Notes: generated by a model not told the origin, from the sequence alone. Counted from the stretch's first letter, positions 17,955 through 28,791 are shown. The stretch: DNA of 64,000 nucleotides from Pseudomonadota bacterium (GCA_037142195.1 JBAXBA010000002.1:30719-94718), one strand, 5' to 3'. Made by a program: numbers and translations.

Positions 17955-19300
17955 TTCTTTTTGCCCTCACAGAACAGTGCCGCTTCTAATAATGAATGGC
18001 CGATATAAGCAATCATGTCCTTTTCTAAACCAGGCCAAATACCCACAAAAAAAGAGCTGTTCATAATTCGGTCTGTGTTTTTTAGGTCACCATGAATACT
18101 ATGTGGAATATGAATATAGGCGGGCTGTTTAAGAAGATTGCCTCCAAACAAAAGTCTAGTTCCTATCTTTTTTTCACTTAGGAAATTTAATATGTCTTTA
18201 CGATTGATGTGAGGATCTTTGAGGGTTAAAAGATACCCGAACCAAGACGGGGTGGCTCCTGGAATTACTTCCGGAATTTCAAAGTAGCGTAAAGCCCCAT
18301 TCTTCTCTAATTCCTGAGTAAGAAACTCGAAATTCTCATTTCGTTTCATAATAAAACCGGGAAGCTTCTTGAGTTGAGATAGACCGATAGCAGCCTGCAT
18401 ATCTGTTACTTTAAGATTATAGCCAATATGAGAGTAGGTGTACTTGTGATCATAGCCCTTAGGAAGATTTCCTAACTGCCATTCATAACGTTTACCACAG
18501 GTTCCCTCTTCTGCAGGAGCACAGTAACAATCTCTTCCCCAATCTCTAAAACTTTCAGCGAATTTCTTCACAGAAGGTGAGTTAGTCATGACTGCCCCGC
18601 CTTCGCCCATTGTGATATGGTGAGCTGGATAAAAACTACAAGTAGCCACATCTCCAAAGGTTCCGACGTTCTTGCCATTAATCTTAGCGCCCAATGCATC
18701 ACAACAGTCTTCTATGAACCAAATGCCTCTCTTTTTGCAAAGAGCTGCAATACCCTCCGCATCAAATGGGTTCCCCAAGGTGTGGGCAATCATAACCAGT
18801 TTAGTGCGCGGAGTGATGGCGGCTTCGACTGCTTCCAAAGTTACATTATGAGTCGCCATATCCACATCAATAAATCTTGGAATCATGCCAAATTGAAGCG
18901 CTGGATTTACTGTAGTCGGAAATGCGCAGGCTGGAGTAATAAACTCATCGCCTGGTTTAAGAGCTCTATCTTTAAAAAAAGGGCTTGTTAGAGCTGAAAA
19001 AGCTACTAGGTTTGCACTTGACCCAGAATTAACCAAAAGGCAATACTTGGTGCCAAAAAATTGCGCAAACTTCGACTCAAAATCTTTGGAAAACCTGCCT
19101 GATGTTAGCCACATATCTAGAGAAGCCTCGATCAATTGCCCAAGGTCTTCCGCGTCAAGAACCTTGCCATTGGCAGGAAGGAAATGCGCCCCAGGCTGAA
19201 AATTTTTTTCAGAATTTACAATAGAAAAATATCTAGCGCTGAGGGTCAATATCTGATTTTTAACTTCAGCGGCCTCTTTGGTATGCATATTGAATCCCAT
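17951..19300 (-). CDS. rfbH: CDP-4-keto-6-deoxy-D-glucose 3-dehydrase (E1, DdhC/AscC)
   Basis: [14 protein letters not shown] (His replaces the Schiff-base Lys), Fe-S motif WGRDCYC-x7-[17 protein letters not shown]. Confidence 0.95.
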   Translation of the reverse strand: MGFNMHTKEAAEVKNQILTLSARYFSIVNSEKNFQPGAHFLPANGKVLDAEDLGQLIEASLDMWLTSGRFSKDFESKFAQFFGTKYCLLVNSGSSANLVAFSALTSPFFKDRALKPGDEFITPACAFPTTVNPALQFGMIPRFIDVDMATHNVTLEAVEAAITPRTKLVMIAHTLGNPFDAEGIAALCKKRGIWFIEDCCDALGAKINGKNVGTFGDVATCSFYPAHHITMGEGGAVMTNSPSVKKFAESFRDWGRDCYCAPAEEGTCGKRYEWQLGNLPKGYDHKYTYSHIGYNLKVTDMQAAIGLSQLKKLPGFIMKRNENFEFLTQELEKNGALRYFEIPEVIPGATPSWFGYLLTLKDPHINRKDILNFLSEKKIGTRLLFGGNLLKQPAYIHIPHSIHGDLKNTDRIMNSSFFVGIWPGLEKDMIAYIGHSLLEAALFCEGKKK

Positions 19301-19553
19301 TAAAACCTCATACTACAAAATAACTTAACTTAAGAACAGAGAAGCTTCGCCAGTGGCAGTTAGAAAATCAGCTTAAATTGGACTAAACATGATCTGGGAT
19401 ATGCAGATGGCATAAAAATCCCAAATTCGAAGCAAAATAGACTGAGCCAGCATGGAGAAATCAAAATTACAACTTACCTAGGTTTCAAAAAATACATTGC
19501 ATTCGAAATACAATGACAATATGCTACCAATCAAACATGCTGCGGGAAAGATA

Positions 19554-20489
19554 ATGTTACATATTACAATACTTTCCCCATGCTTTAATGAAGAGTCTAA
19601 TGTTGAAGAGTTCTTTCAAAGAGTTAGTACTCAATTTAAGACCCTAAATGAGTATAGTTTTGATGTATTGTTTATAGATAATTGCTCTACAGATAATACA
19701 GTTCAAATTATTACAAAGCTGATTGAATCGAATTCAAATATAAGGTTAATTGTAAATAGTCGAAACTTTGGTCATATCCGATCTCCGTATTACGGATTAT
19801 TGCAAACAGATGCCGATGCGACAATTCTTTTGGCATCTGACCTACAAGACCCACCTGAGTTGATTCCATTACTGCTAAATAAATGGCGGCATGGGTTTCC
19901 CATTGTTAAGGCTGTAAAAAATAAGTCACACGAAACTGCATCTATGTATCTTATAAGAACGGCTTATTATAAGTTGTTAGCAAAATTGACAAACCTTGTC
20001 CTGACTGAGCATTATACAGGTAGTGGACTCTACGACCGTTCGATAATTTCAATATTTAAAAAAATCAATGACCCTTATCCCTATTTTAGAGGCCTAGTTT
20101 CTGATATTGGATTTGATTTTGCAATAGTGGAATTTACCCAGCCAAAGAGAGTACGGGGACTTACCAAAAATAATTTTTATACACTGTATGATATGGCAAT
20201 GTTAGGAATAACGAATCATTCAAAGGTACCCCTTAGAATCGCTACTTTTTTAGGATTTCTAATGAGCATTGGAAGCATATCAATAGGACTAGTTTATTTT
20301 GTTTTAAAGATAATTTATTGGGAAAGATTTCAAGCTGGAGTTCTTCCTATAATGCTCGGGATCTTTTTCTTTGGCTCAGTCCAACTTTTATTTTTAGGTA
20401 TTATTGGCGAGTACATCGGAAATATTCACACTCAAGTACAAAACAGGCCGTTAGTTCTTGAGAAGAAGCGAGTCAATTTCGCCACATGA
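19554..20489 (+). CDS. GT2 polyprenyl-phosphate glycosyltransferase (GtrB/ArnC-like)
   Basis: PCFNEE, SRNFGH, SDLQDPP, two C-terminal TM helices and GEYIG...RP. Confidence 0.88.
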   Translation: MLHITILSPCFNEESNVEEFFQRVSTQFKTLNEYSFDVLFIDNCSTDNTVQIITKLIESNSNIRLIVNSRNFGHIRSPYYGLLQTDADATILLASDLQDPPELIPLLLNKWRHGFPIVKAVKNKSHETASMYLIRTAYYKLLAKLTNLVLTEHYTGSGLYDRSIISIFKKINDPYPYFRGLVSDIGFDFAIVEFTQPKRVRGLTKNNFYTLYDMAMLGITNHSKVPLRIATFLGFLMSIGSISIGLVYFVLKIIYWERFQAGVLPIMLGIFFFGSVQLLFLGIIGEYIGNIHTQVQNRPLVLEKKRVNFAT

Positions 20490-21772
20490 CTAAAATTTTT
20501 CGGCAAATTTCGCAAAAGAATCTTGGAATTTTGTCACCTAATATGTTTAGGGCTAGAATGCAATTTAAGTTGAATTTAGAAAAAATTGATCTCTATAAAC
20601 TCTTTTTTTCGACATTCTTTGTTTCTTTAACTATTGGATATGTTGCTTATTATTTTTTTTCAGGCTCATTTCAAGACACATCGACAGTCCCAGCTGGCAA
20701 AATTATAGGCGGTGATTTTGAGATAATCGCACGAGAAGGCCACAATTTTCTAATGGGATTACCATTTGTAGGGACCGGCCATCCCCCGCTTGAAAATATA
20801 CTTCTCGGCCTATTTAAGCTACTTTTTGGCTCAAAACATGCGTATTTTATATTTATAACTTTTTCTCTGATGTGTTTTTTAGCTTCAATTTTTATCGCTA
20901 ATAGAATTACTTCGGCGAAATCTTCATTTCACCTAATTTCATTTTTGCCATTTATATTTGTTTATCCTATTCTTTTCAACCTCGAGAGAGGCAATACCGA
21001 TTCAATTTCATTACTATTTATTGTGTTATTCCTATTCTTTTCACAAAAGAAAAATATTTTTTTGGCATCTACAAGCATATTTATTGCGTACAACCTAAAA
21101 ATATACCCAATAGTTTTTCTACCTATTTTCTTGATCCATTTCGGTCTTCTTAGGACTTGCGCGCTGGCCTTTATGATTCAGTTCGGCCTTATGACGTCGG
21201 GTATAGAAGGCCTCATAGAAATGATTAAATCTATAGGAGAACTGGCATCAAATCCGTATATATGGGATGGCAATCACTCTGCGATTTCCTTTGCTACGAA
21301 GCATTTTCCAAACAAAATTAACGAAGTTGCAAATTTGATAATTGTAGGCCTCACTATAAGCCTCATCGGGATAACTTTAGATCAACTTTTTTACCGAAGA
21401 AGGCCTTCGAACCAAAATACGAGCGCCGGTGAAAGAATGGATCCTCTTTCAATACAAATAAAATCTTTGATCGGCCTAATGTTTATTTCTTGCTCTTTGA
21501 TTCCTGGAACAAGCCACGACTATAGACTTCTAATTCAAGTTGCGCCTTGGCTACTAATTTTACCAAACAGTCTCCAAATTGGTGAAAAATTCAACCAGCA
21601 GAGTTGGCTGCAGAATCTAGATAAAATTTGTATTTTTGGAATAACAATCGCAACTTCGTCGCTTTTCTTTCCTAGAAACTTCTTTCTTGATAAAACAGCA
21701 TTGCTCTTAGTAATGGCGGGGTGCTATTTAACAATTTACTTAAGTCAAATCCTTCAAAGGAGAGTACAATAA
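20486..21772 (+). CDS. GT87/DUF2029-like GT-C membrane glycosyltransferase
   Basis: Multi-TM; LERGNTD, LKIYP, NHS and HDY motifs; overlaps the GT2 stop by 4 bp. Confidence 0.7.
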   Translation: MTKIFRQISQKNLGILSPNMFRARMQFKLNLEKIDLYKLFFSTFFVSLTIGYVAYYFFSGSFQDTSTVPAGKIIGGDFEIIAREGHNFLMGLPFVGTGHPPLENILLGLFKLLFGSKHAYFIFITFSLMCFLASIFIANRITSAKSSFHLISFLPFIFVYPILFNLERGNTDSISLLFIVLFLFFSQKKNIFLASTSIFIAYNLKIYPIVFLPIFLIHFGLLRTCALAFMIQFGLMTSGIEGLIEMIKSIGELASNPYIWDGNHSAISFATKHFPNKINEVANLIIVGLTISLIGITLDQLFYRRRPSNQNTSAGERMDPLSIQIKSLIGLMFISCSLIPGTSHDYRLLIQVAPWLLILPNSLQIGEKFNQQSWLQNLDKICIFGITIATSSLFFPRNFFLDKTALLLVMAGCYLTIYLSQILQRRVQ

Positions 21773-21934
21773 ATCGCTTTTGCTATTCAATACGCAGGTA
21801 ACCATTGTCACGCTGAACTAAGAATTAAATGTTTTGAAAATCTATGGCTTGACAATTTTTTCAGCAATTCCTAGTATGCCCCTTAGAAAATATGTACTTC
21901 ATCTGCTGAAGATTAGGAATTCTTGAGGGTAACA

Positions 21935-23746
21935 ATGTGTGGTTTCTTTGCGACTAATTATAAAGTTCAAGATGTAAATAAACTGTTAGAAGCTTGTAGC
22001 TATCGGGGCCCCGATTCTAGCAGCCATCTGCTCCTTGATGGGATAGTTTTCGGATTCAATAGACTGGCAATTATTGATTTAAACGAACGAGCTAATCAAC
22101 CTTTTTGGTCGAGCTGTGGCAGATACGTCCTGTTGTTCAATGGCGAAATTTATAATTGTGCCGAATTGAAAGGCCATCTCAAACTACCCGAGGAATCTTA
22201 TACCACAAGTTCAGACACAGAAGTATTGATGAATTACCTTATTAAGTTCGGCTTAGAAGGGGCTGAAAAACTAAATGGAATGTTTGCATTCGTATTTTAT
22301 GACAAGGAAACTAAAAATATTATTGTAGCAAGAGACAGGTTTGGGGTTAAACCTTTATTTTATTCCGTTGATGGCGATAAGTTTCTATTTACTTCTGATC
22401 CTAAAATTGCCCACTTAGTCACAGATCTCAAACCCAATCTGCCATTAGTACAAAACTATGTTGCATACCGCTTTCTTCCCACAAAATTTAACCTATTTTC
22501 TAATTTGGTTTCCCTTCATCCGGGAACTGCTTTACTAAAAACCAAAATCAGTCAGTTTAAGACTCATTGTTGGACTGATTTAGGCCAGAATCTTGAGAAG
22601 AAAGACTACTCCAGCACAACTATCGAAAAATCTACGGAGTTTGTAGAGAGACTTCTAAAAAATTCTTTGATTTCGCAAATGAACGCTGATGTACCTGTTG
22701 GCTTTTTTTTGAGCGGTGGACTCGATTCAAGTTTATTGGTAGCCATTGCAGCCAAAGAATCCTCCGAAAGAATTAGGACCTTTTCGATAACATTTTCAGA
22801 CTATGAACATTCAGAAACTCAATACCAAAGATTAGTATCCTCTAAGTTTAACACAATACATGAAGAGATGGATGTCAGCCATGAGTCCTACTACAAGTCA
22901 TACCTAGAATGTACTAGTAAAGGATTCCAACCAATCCTAATCCCCAATTATGTGTGTGTTTATCAACTAGCTCAAAATGCTAAAAGGAGCGTTAAGGTAC
23001 TCCTTAGTGGAGAAGGAGCGGATGAGGTTTTCGGGGGATATCATAGATATTCTGATTTGCTCCTTGCTAAACACATTAAGACCATGAAGTTACAAGGTAT
23101 TTTTAAAATTCTTGCTTTGATTAAGTCAAGTTTAGGAAGATTTTCTAATATTGAACAGCCAGATGAGTTCTTCAATAGCCAAAAGACATACTTTCAAAAA
23201 ACTGATCAAGTTCATTTTTTTAAACAACCACCGGTTCAATTCACTAATCAGTATGAATTATCTTGGAATGATTTGAATACCGCTCTTCTCGAAGATCAAC
23301 AAACTTATATGTTAGGTTTACTTAATAGAGTCGATCAAATGACAATGCTTGCTAGCATCGAAAGTAGGGTGCCCTACCTCGACATTGATCTGGTTAATTA
23401 TGTCAACAGCTTAAGGTTTGAGGACAAAGTAGGCATAAGAAGCCCAAAAAAGATTTTATATAATATTGGTCGAACTTATTTACCAAAAGAAATTCTGGAA
23501 AGACCCAAGATTGGGTTTTCAGTGCCCATTTCAGATTGGTTTACCGGGCAAAAATTGATGGGGGAATTGAAATATATTTTACTAGAAGAGAGAAGCAGGA
23601 AACGAAATTTGATCGATTATGTTAAACTGGAAGAAGTTTTTTCCTCGGCTGAGCTAACAAAAAAATATGGTGAATCCTTGATTTTCCCAATGCTAAGCAT
23701 AGAGTTATGGCTTAGAAATTTAGAAGATTCACCAATTCTCAATTAG
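21935..23746 (+). CDS. asnB: Asparagine synthase (glutamine-hydrolysing)-like amidotransferase, probably sugar-amidating
   Basis: MCG N-terminus at 21935, RGPD, RLAIIDL, FNGEIYN, LSGGLDSS, SGEGADEVFGGY, ESRVPYLD. Confidence 0.92.
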   Translation: MCGFFATNYKVQDVNKLLEACSYRGPDSSSHLLLDGIVFGFNRLAIIDLNERANQPFWSSCGRYVLLFNGEIYNCAELKGHLKLPEESYTTSSDTEVLMNYLIKFGLEGAEKLNGMFAFVFYDKETKNIIVARDRFGVKPLFYSVDGDKFLFTSDPKIAHLVTDLKPNLPLVQNYVAYRFLPTKFNLFSNLVSLHPGTALLKTKISQFKTHCWTDLGQNLEKKDYSSTTIEKSTEFVERLLKNSLISQMNADVPVGFFLSGGLDSSLLVAIAAKESSERIRTFSITFSDYEHSETQYQRLVSSKFNTIHEEMDVSHESYYKSYLECTSKGFQPILIPNYVCVYQLAQNAKRSVKVLLSGEGADEVFGGYHRYSDLLLAKHIKTMKLQGIFKILALIKSSLGRFSNIEQPDEFFNSQKTYFQKTDQVHFFKQPPVQFTNQYELSWNDLNTALLEDQQTYMLGLLNRVDQMTMLASIESRVPYLDIDLVNYVNSLRFEDKVGIRSPKKILYNIGRTYLPKEILERPKIGFSVPISDWFTGQKLMGELKYILLEERSRKRNLIDYVKLEEVFSSAELTKKYGESLIFPMLSIELWLRNLEDSPILN

Positions 23747-23762
23747 GCGCTTTGAAAATTTA

Positions 23763-25499
23763 ATGTTTTTAATTCATGATAGTTTTTTTGAAATTAGAAT
23801 AGACAGGGGATGTGAGCTCCAACTACACATTCCAAATTCTTATACTGCTAACGTATTATTTAATCCCGACTTCTGCATAGTGGAGTTTTTTTTTAACACA
23901 GGAAATATTTTTCGGGTTTTTGAAATCAAACTTGTAGGAGTGGAAGAAAGATTTATTGTAGTTTCCCGGGGAAATCGCTTTATAGAATTTGTGTCATCAC
24001 AAGAGAAACTGACAGTAGCACAAATAATCGAATTTTCATTTTGGAACGATTGCGCTTTGTTTTCATTTGGGCAAAGATCACTAATATTCAAGTCATACTG
24101 TAATCGGGCAGCTTCGATACCATTGTTTTGGACCAAGAGTTCTGAATCATTTATTTTGTCGAATTCACATGTTCCTTTATATTCGGCGAGTTCAAGAAAA
24201 TTTTCAAGAGTAGGAATTTTAGAGTCACTTTTATTTGATCACACTTTAGGAAATCGAACGCTATTTGACGATATTTTTCAGCAATCGGCTGGACATTTCT
24301 TGTCGCTTGATCTAAAGTCCAACCAAGTGAGCTCAGCTCGCTATAACAGCATTTCACTATCACATAATCAAGCGCAAAAAGCTAAATCTGACATTTTTGA
24401 GGGCACAAGTACATTAGAGAAAATACTTTTGTCCTCATTAACAAACATAGACAAAGACTTTAAGCTTGGAATTCCACTGTCTGGTGGATTAGATTCGCGA
24501 GCTATAGTTTACCAAAGCTATCAAAAATTTAAATTTGAAACACTGACCTATGGCCAAGAGCACTCTTTTGAGTTTTCCAATGCTGATGCCGTTGCAAAAG
24601 CCTTGGATCTAGTGAACCACAAGTATATATTAGACAACAAACACTACTTGAATACTCATATAGAATCCTGTGTTTATTCCGGCGGAATTTCACATCTTAT
24701 GCATAGCCATTTATCCTCAGCAATAGCTTCAAATAGTTTTAAAGGAGTGGTTATTGGCTTTATGGGTGATCCCATTGCAGGCTCAGCGCAGCATATCAAT
24801 TTCCAGGGAAAAGGTTTCGAAGACTTTGCTGACGCATTGTTGAAATATAGGAAGATTGGCCTTAAGGACCTAAAAAACATTTTCTCGACAAGTGATGAAG
24901 CTGAAATCGTTGAAGATTTGCGAGATCTATATATAGACATTAAGGATCTATGTCCCCACGAACGACTTCTTGAATATTATTTTATAGTCATCAGGCAGTC
25001 AAAACTGATTTCAAGTATTTTCAATAGCATCCTTTCTCAGAAAATTCAGATCTTCTATCCTTTTATGGATGATAGATTCGCTCGTTTTTTCCTGGAACTA
25101 GGATACGATGACCGATTAAATCGAAAGTTCTACAAGGAATGTATTAGGGAAATGGAATCAAAGTTTTTTTCTAATTTTGGTTTAGATATAGCTTTTCCAA
25201 AAACAAGATTGTACGGGATGAACGCAAAAGCCGCTCGAACTTGCCAGTCGCTAGTTGAGTTAATTTCTATGGGAAAGTTTTCTTTATCTAATCCATTTTT
25301 GACAGAAAATCCAAACTCCGTCCTTAATAATTGTCTAAAAAATATCTATAGTGAGTCACTTTCCGTCTGCGAAGCTAATGGTATTATAAATCAGGAGCTT
25401 GCAAAAAAGATTCAAGGGCCATTTTTAACAACTGCCTGGACCCATTCAGCTTTCAGGATTATTAGCATTAAAAAAATGATTGACTATTTCAGTATCTAA
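23763..25499 (+). CDS. Asparagine-synthase-related protein lacking the N-terminal Cys
   Basis: PP-loop PLSGGLDSR, GFMGD and YPFMD present; no MCG, RGPD or NGEIYN. Confidence 0.75.
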   Translation: MFLIHDSFFEIRIDRGCELQLHIPNSYTANVLFNPDFCIVEFFFNTGNIFRVFEIKLVGVEERFIVVSRGNRFIEFVSSQEKLTVAQIIEFSFWNDCALFSFGQRSLIFKSYCNRAASIPLFWTKSSESFILSNSHVPLYSASSRKFSRVGILESLLFDHTLGNRTLFDDIFQQSAGHFLSLDLKSNQVSSARYNSISLSHNQAQKAKSDIFEGTSTLEKILLSSLTNIDKDFKLGIPLSGGLDSRAIVYQSYQKFKFETLTYGQEHSFEFSNADAVAKALDLVNHKYILDNKHYLNTHIESCVYSGGISHLMHSHLSSAIASNSFKGVVIGFMGDPIAGSAQHINFQGKGFEDFADALLKYRKIGLKDLKNIFSTSDEAEIVEDLRDLYIDIKDLCPHERLLEYYFIVIRQSKLISSIFNSILSQKIQIFYPFMDDRFARFFLELGYDDRLNRKFYKECIREMESKFFSNFGLDIAFPKTRLYGMNAKAARTCQSLVELISMGKFSLSNPFLTENPNSVLNNCLKNIYSESLSVCEANGIINQELAKKIQGPFLTTAWTHSAFRIISIKKMIDYFSI

Positions 25500-25642
25500 A
25501 GTTCGACATTGTTGAGTTACAACTGTTGAGCGGCTGTTGAGCGACAATGAAAAACGGCAATTTTTCGATTTGAATTTTAACGCCTGGTTCATTGACTGTC
25601 TTAAAATAGCGCGCGGCACACAGTTCTTGCCACTTAAGTGCT

Positions 25643-26719
25643 CTACCTTGAAATGCCACCTAATAGTTCCATCACATACCTGCCTCGTGAATAGATATCA
25701 TGCCCATCTGCCCAAACTCGACTAAGTATGCGCTCTCGCATTTTCCTAATTCGATTGGCATCACCCTTAAGACCGGTCACCTTTGCGACGAGTTCTTCAG
25801 GGCTAGAGAAAAAAAGTGCTTCCTCACCACTTTCAAACAATGACTCTAGATCACTAGTACGCTCTGAAACTAATATAGTGCCAGCGGCAGGAATTTCGAA
25901 ACACCGTCTCGTATAGGTATCTCGATTAAGTTTAGATAGAAAACAAAGAGCCATTGGTGAGCAGTTTAAAGCCAAATTATATTCATCTCCCCAAAGTGGG
26001 CGAACATCCTTCAATTTAGAAAAAACTTTATGTTTCGAAATGATCTTTCCCCAACCAGAACTACCACTTTCGATATGCCCAAACAATCTTACGTTAATCC
26101 CTTGTTCTAACAATCTAGCTAACGCCTCATCTCTTCCGTCATCTTCAAAATGACCGATAAAGACAATATCCCCGCCGTATTTCTCGACATCTTGATTCGA
26201 GGGACCAACTGGTCTGTTAACTTCCGGTATGAACCAACTTCGCAAAAGCTCTGATCTAGGGGATCCAGCGAGTTCAAAGTCTTTAAGATTTTTATGCCGA
26301 TAAGCAAAGGCGATATCTAAAATTGGAAGAGACGCATTGAAATGCCTCCATAGTAGAGGACTCGCCTCAGGGCTAAATGGATCATCATTATTGTATGCAA
26401 CAACAATAATCTGGGGAAATATTTGTCTTATTTGGCGAATCGTAGCGGCCAAAATATGGGTGCCTCGGTATATAAACAAAACTTCCGGCAAATGTTCTCT
26501 AACTAATTCAACCAGGTCATCGTTAAGTTTACTGACAATGGGACCTATCAAATATTTATTTTGGAACCTTCTACAAAATTTATGGATTGGGCGAGAGCCG
26601 CCTGAAAAGTAAGGGTACCACTTGAAAGGGATAACATTTGCACCTGCCTTTTCCAAAGCAATTGCTAAAGGAACCTCATGTATTTTTGAATGCCAGTCGC
26701 CCGCTAATACTACTTTCAT
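25643..26719 (-). CDS. CgeB-family GT-B glycosyltransferase
   Basis: YNNDDPF, DIVFIGHFEDDGR, RDTYTRRCFEIPAAG. Confidence 0.88.
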   Translation of the reverse strand: MKVVLAGDWHSKIHEVPLAIALEKAGANVIPFKWYPYFSGGSRPIHKFCRRFQNKYLIGPIVSKLNDDLVELVREHLPEVLFIYRGTHILAATIRQIRQIFPQIIVVAYNNDDPFSPEASPLLWRHFNASLPILDIAFAYRHKNLKDFELAGSPRSELLRSWFIPEVNRPVGPSNQDVEKYGGDIVFIGHFEDDGRDEALARLLEQGINVRLFGHIESGSSGWGKIISKHKVFSKLKDVRPLWGDEYNLALNCSPMALCFLSKLNRDTYTRRCFEIPAAGTILVSERTSDLESLFESGEEALFFSSPEELVAKVTGLKGDANRIRKMRERILSRVWADGHDIYSRGRYVMELLGGISR

Positions 26720-26727
26720 AAACCAGC

Positions 26728-27750
26728 CTATAATTTGGGGGTGTATCCCAATCTATTTTTTATCAAAAGAATTAAACGATTTGTCCTCTTAGGGCCCAAA
26801 AAAGAAAGTACAATAAAGTAGAACCAGAAATAAATACTGGTCGCAAAACCTAATTTAGCTAATTTAATAGTATAACCTAGAAAAACTAAAAAACTCTGGT
26901 TAGCCTGAATTGAAAGTAGTGGGTAAGAATACGCTCTCATGTCTTTCATTATTATTGAAAATAAATTTGGATAGTCTTGACTAATATCTTTTGCAATCCT
27001 GATTAGACCCTCAATGAAATGGATGCTGCTTTCAGGTGTCTGAACTCCTGGAACAAACTTGCCTTTCTCCAATTCGGAATTTCCAAAATCAGGCGTTCCT
27101 CCTGTCCTGTAGAGAGCGACGGACCTTGGTGAATACACTCCTTCTCGTTGTAGCAGAACTTTAGAAACTAAATAAAGCTGATAGAGGAGAGTGCCATCAA
27201 ATCGATCTGTTGCTACTAAATTAGCTGTCTCTCTATGAATACCGAGGCCGGATATAACCACAAAACGTCTAAAAAAAACGCCGACTGTCTCTATTCCTGG
27301 TGGGAACACTTGAAAATTAGGGAAATATCTAAACAACTCGCCAGGAGAATCTTTAGAGCCAGAAAAACTTCTATAGGTTCTTAAAAAAGCCCCAGGATTC
27401 TCTGCCTTATTTAAACAATCAGCTATATGGCTTAACGCTCCAACTTCAAGTAGATCGTCATTACCAACAAAAACACAAAAATCTCCTTGAGATTTAGATA
27501 CAAGTTCCCTAAAATTTCTGTCGTATCCGAAGTTTTTATAGTTTTCGAAATACCTTATTTTCGATGGGTTTGAAATAAGATACTCTTGTGTAATTAATCT
27601 GATACTCTCTCGCTGGGGAGAGAAGTCTTCACATATGACAATCTCAAAATCCTCAAAATCTTGGCTCAGAATGGATTCCAAGAGTTCTGTCAAGTTCTCA
27701 GCTCTATTGTATGCTGGAATACATACGGAAATCAGGGGATGACTTTTCAA
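26728..27750 (-). CDS. GT2 glycosyltransferase, RfbV/WbaV (abequosyltransferase)-like
   Basis: ISVCIPAYNR, NFGYDRNF, VGNDD. Confidence 0.8.
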   Translation of the reverse strand: MKSHPLISVCIPAYNRAENLTELLESILSQDFEDFEIVICEDFSPQRESIRLITQEYLISNPSKIRYFENYKNFGYDRNFRELVSKSQGDFCVFVGNDDLLEVGALSHIADCLNKAENPGAFLRTYRSFSGSKDSPGELFRYFPNFQVFPPGIETVGVFFRRFVVISGLGIHRETANLVATDRFDGTLLYQLYLVSKVLLQREGVYSPRSVALYRTGGTPDFGNSELEKGKFVPGVQTPESSIHFIEGLIRIAKDISQDYPNLFSIIMKDMRAYSYPLLSIQANQSFLVFLGYTIKLAKLGFATSIYFWFYFIVLSFLGPKRTNRLILLIKNRLGYTPKL

Positions 27751-27773
27751 AATGACTCCAAGTTATACAATTT

Positions 27774-28787
27774 TTAAATTGCTCTAATCCTATCAAGTAA
27801 CTCTGCATTAACAATCTGCCAACCAAATTTAAATTGATCAAATTTATAGGAATCTATTGTTTCCAAAATACCATCTTTCGTTGAATACTTAATGCAATTA
27901 AGGTCCAAAAATTCCCGGTGGGAGGCAATATCAGAAACAACTAGCTTTTTATTGAACTGCGCGGCCTCTGCTAAGGCATTTGAAGAATTTTCGATTTCAG
28001 AAAATGAAATGTAGGCAAAACTATTCTTCAGAACTCCTAAGACTTCAGTATGTGGCAAAACACCCATCCATTCCAGAGACTTATGTTTTAAAGCCGCCAG
28101 CTCGGGGACCTCACCGATAATTTTCAATTTTAAATCTTTGTATAAATTAGAATTGTCTAAAAACCACGATATCAACAAATCTAGTCTCTTATAAGAATAA
28201 GTGCCTATAGCCACAAAATAACGATTACTATCGTTAGATGGCGCTATAATATTGGGTTTCTCATTTTCTAATCCATTCTTCGATATGTGAATTATATCAG
28301 AACTAACATCCAATTTAGTAATCAGAGACATAGTAAACTTAGATTCACACGACCACAAATCAACAAATTTAACGCTTCTTTTGAAAAAAAATCCGAGTAT
28401 AAAAAATCGAACTCTATCAAAAAAAGAAAGTACAATTCCATCGGTTTTAAGGCTCAATGCGTTACTGACATGCAAAATTTGAATACGCGCGAACCTTTTA
28501 TTCAATGGAATGCCGTAGCTATACCAAATATCTACATTTCCAACCATTTTCAAAATTCGGGATTTGTAAGACTCTAAGTTGCAAATTTTAGCAAATTTAG
28601 TTTTTTCGATTTTCAAGACTCTATTTTGGGGCCAATTTTCAAGATCGGCAGCACTTGGAACCAAAAATAAAACATTCTCCCAATCACTGAAGTAATCCAA
28701 ATATGCCCGCAATCTCTTTAAACCACCCCCAACGGGACTTGACGAAAAATCAAAGACTATTGAAGTGGAGCTGTCAATCTTCATCAT
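27774..28787 (-). CDS. GT4-like glycosyltransferase
   Basis: C-terminal ENSSNALAEA (E-x7-E) and VSDIASHRE. Confidence 0.75.
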   Translation of the reverse strand: MMKIDSSTSIVFDFSSSPVGGGLKRLRAYLDYFSDWENVLFLVPSAADLENWPQNRVLKIEKTKFAKICNLESYKSRILKMVGNVDIWYSYGIPLNKRFARIQILHVSNALSLKTDGIVLSFFDRVRFFILGFFFKRSVKFVDLWSCESKFTMSLITKLDVSSDIIHISKNGLENEKPNIIAPSNDSNRYFVAIGTYSYKRLDLLISWFLDNSNLYKDLKLKIIGEVPELAALKHKSLEWMGVLPHTEVLGVLKNSFAYISFSEIENSSNALAEAAQFNKKLVVSDIASHREFLDLNCIKYSTKDGILETIDSYKFDQFKFGWQIVNAELLDRIRAI

Positions 28788-28791
28788 TGTC

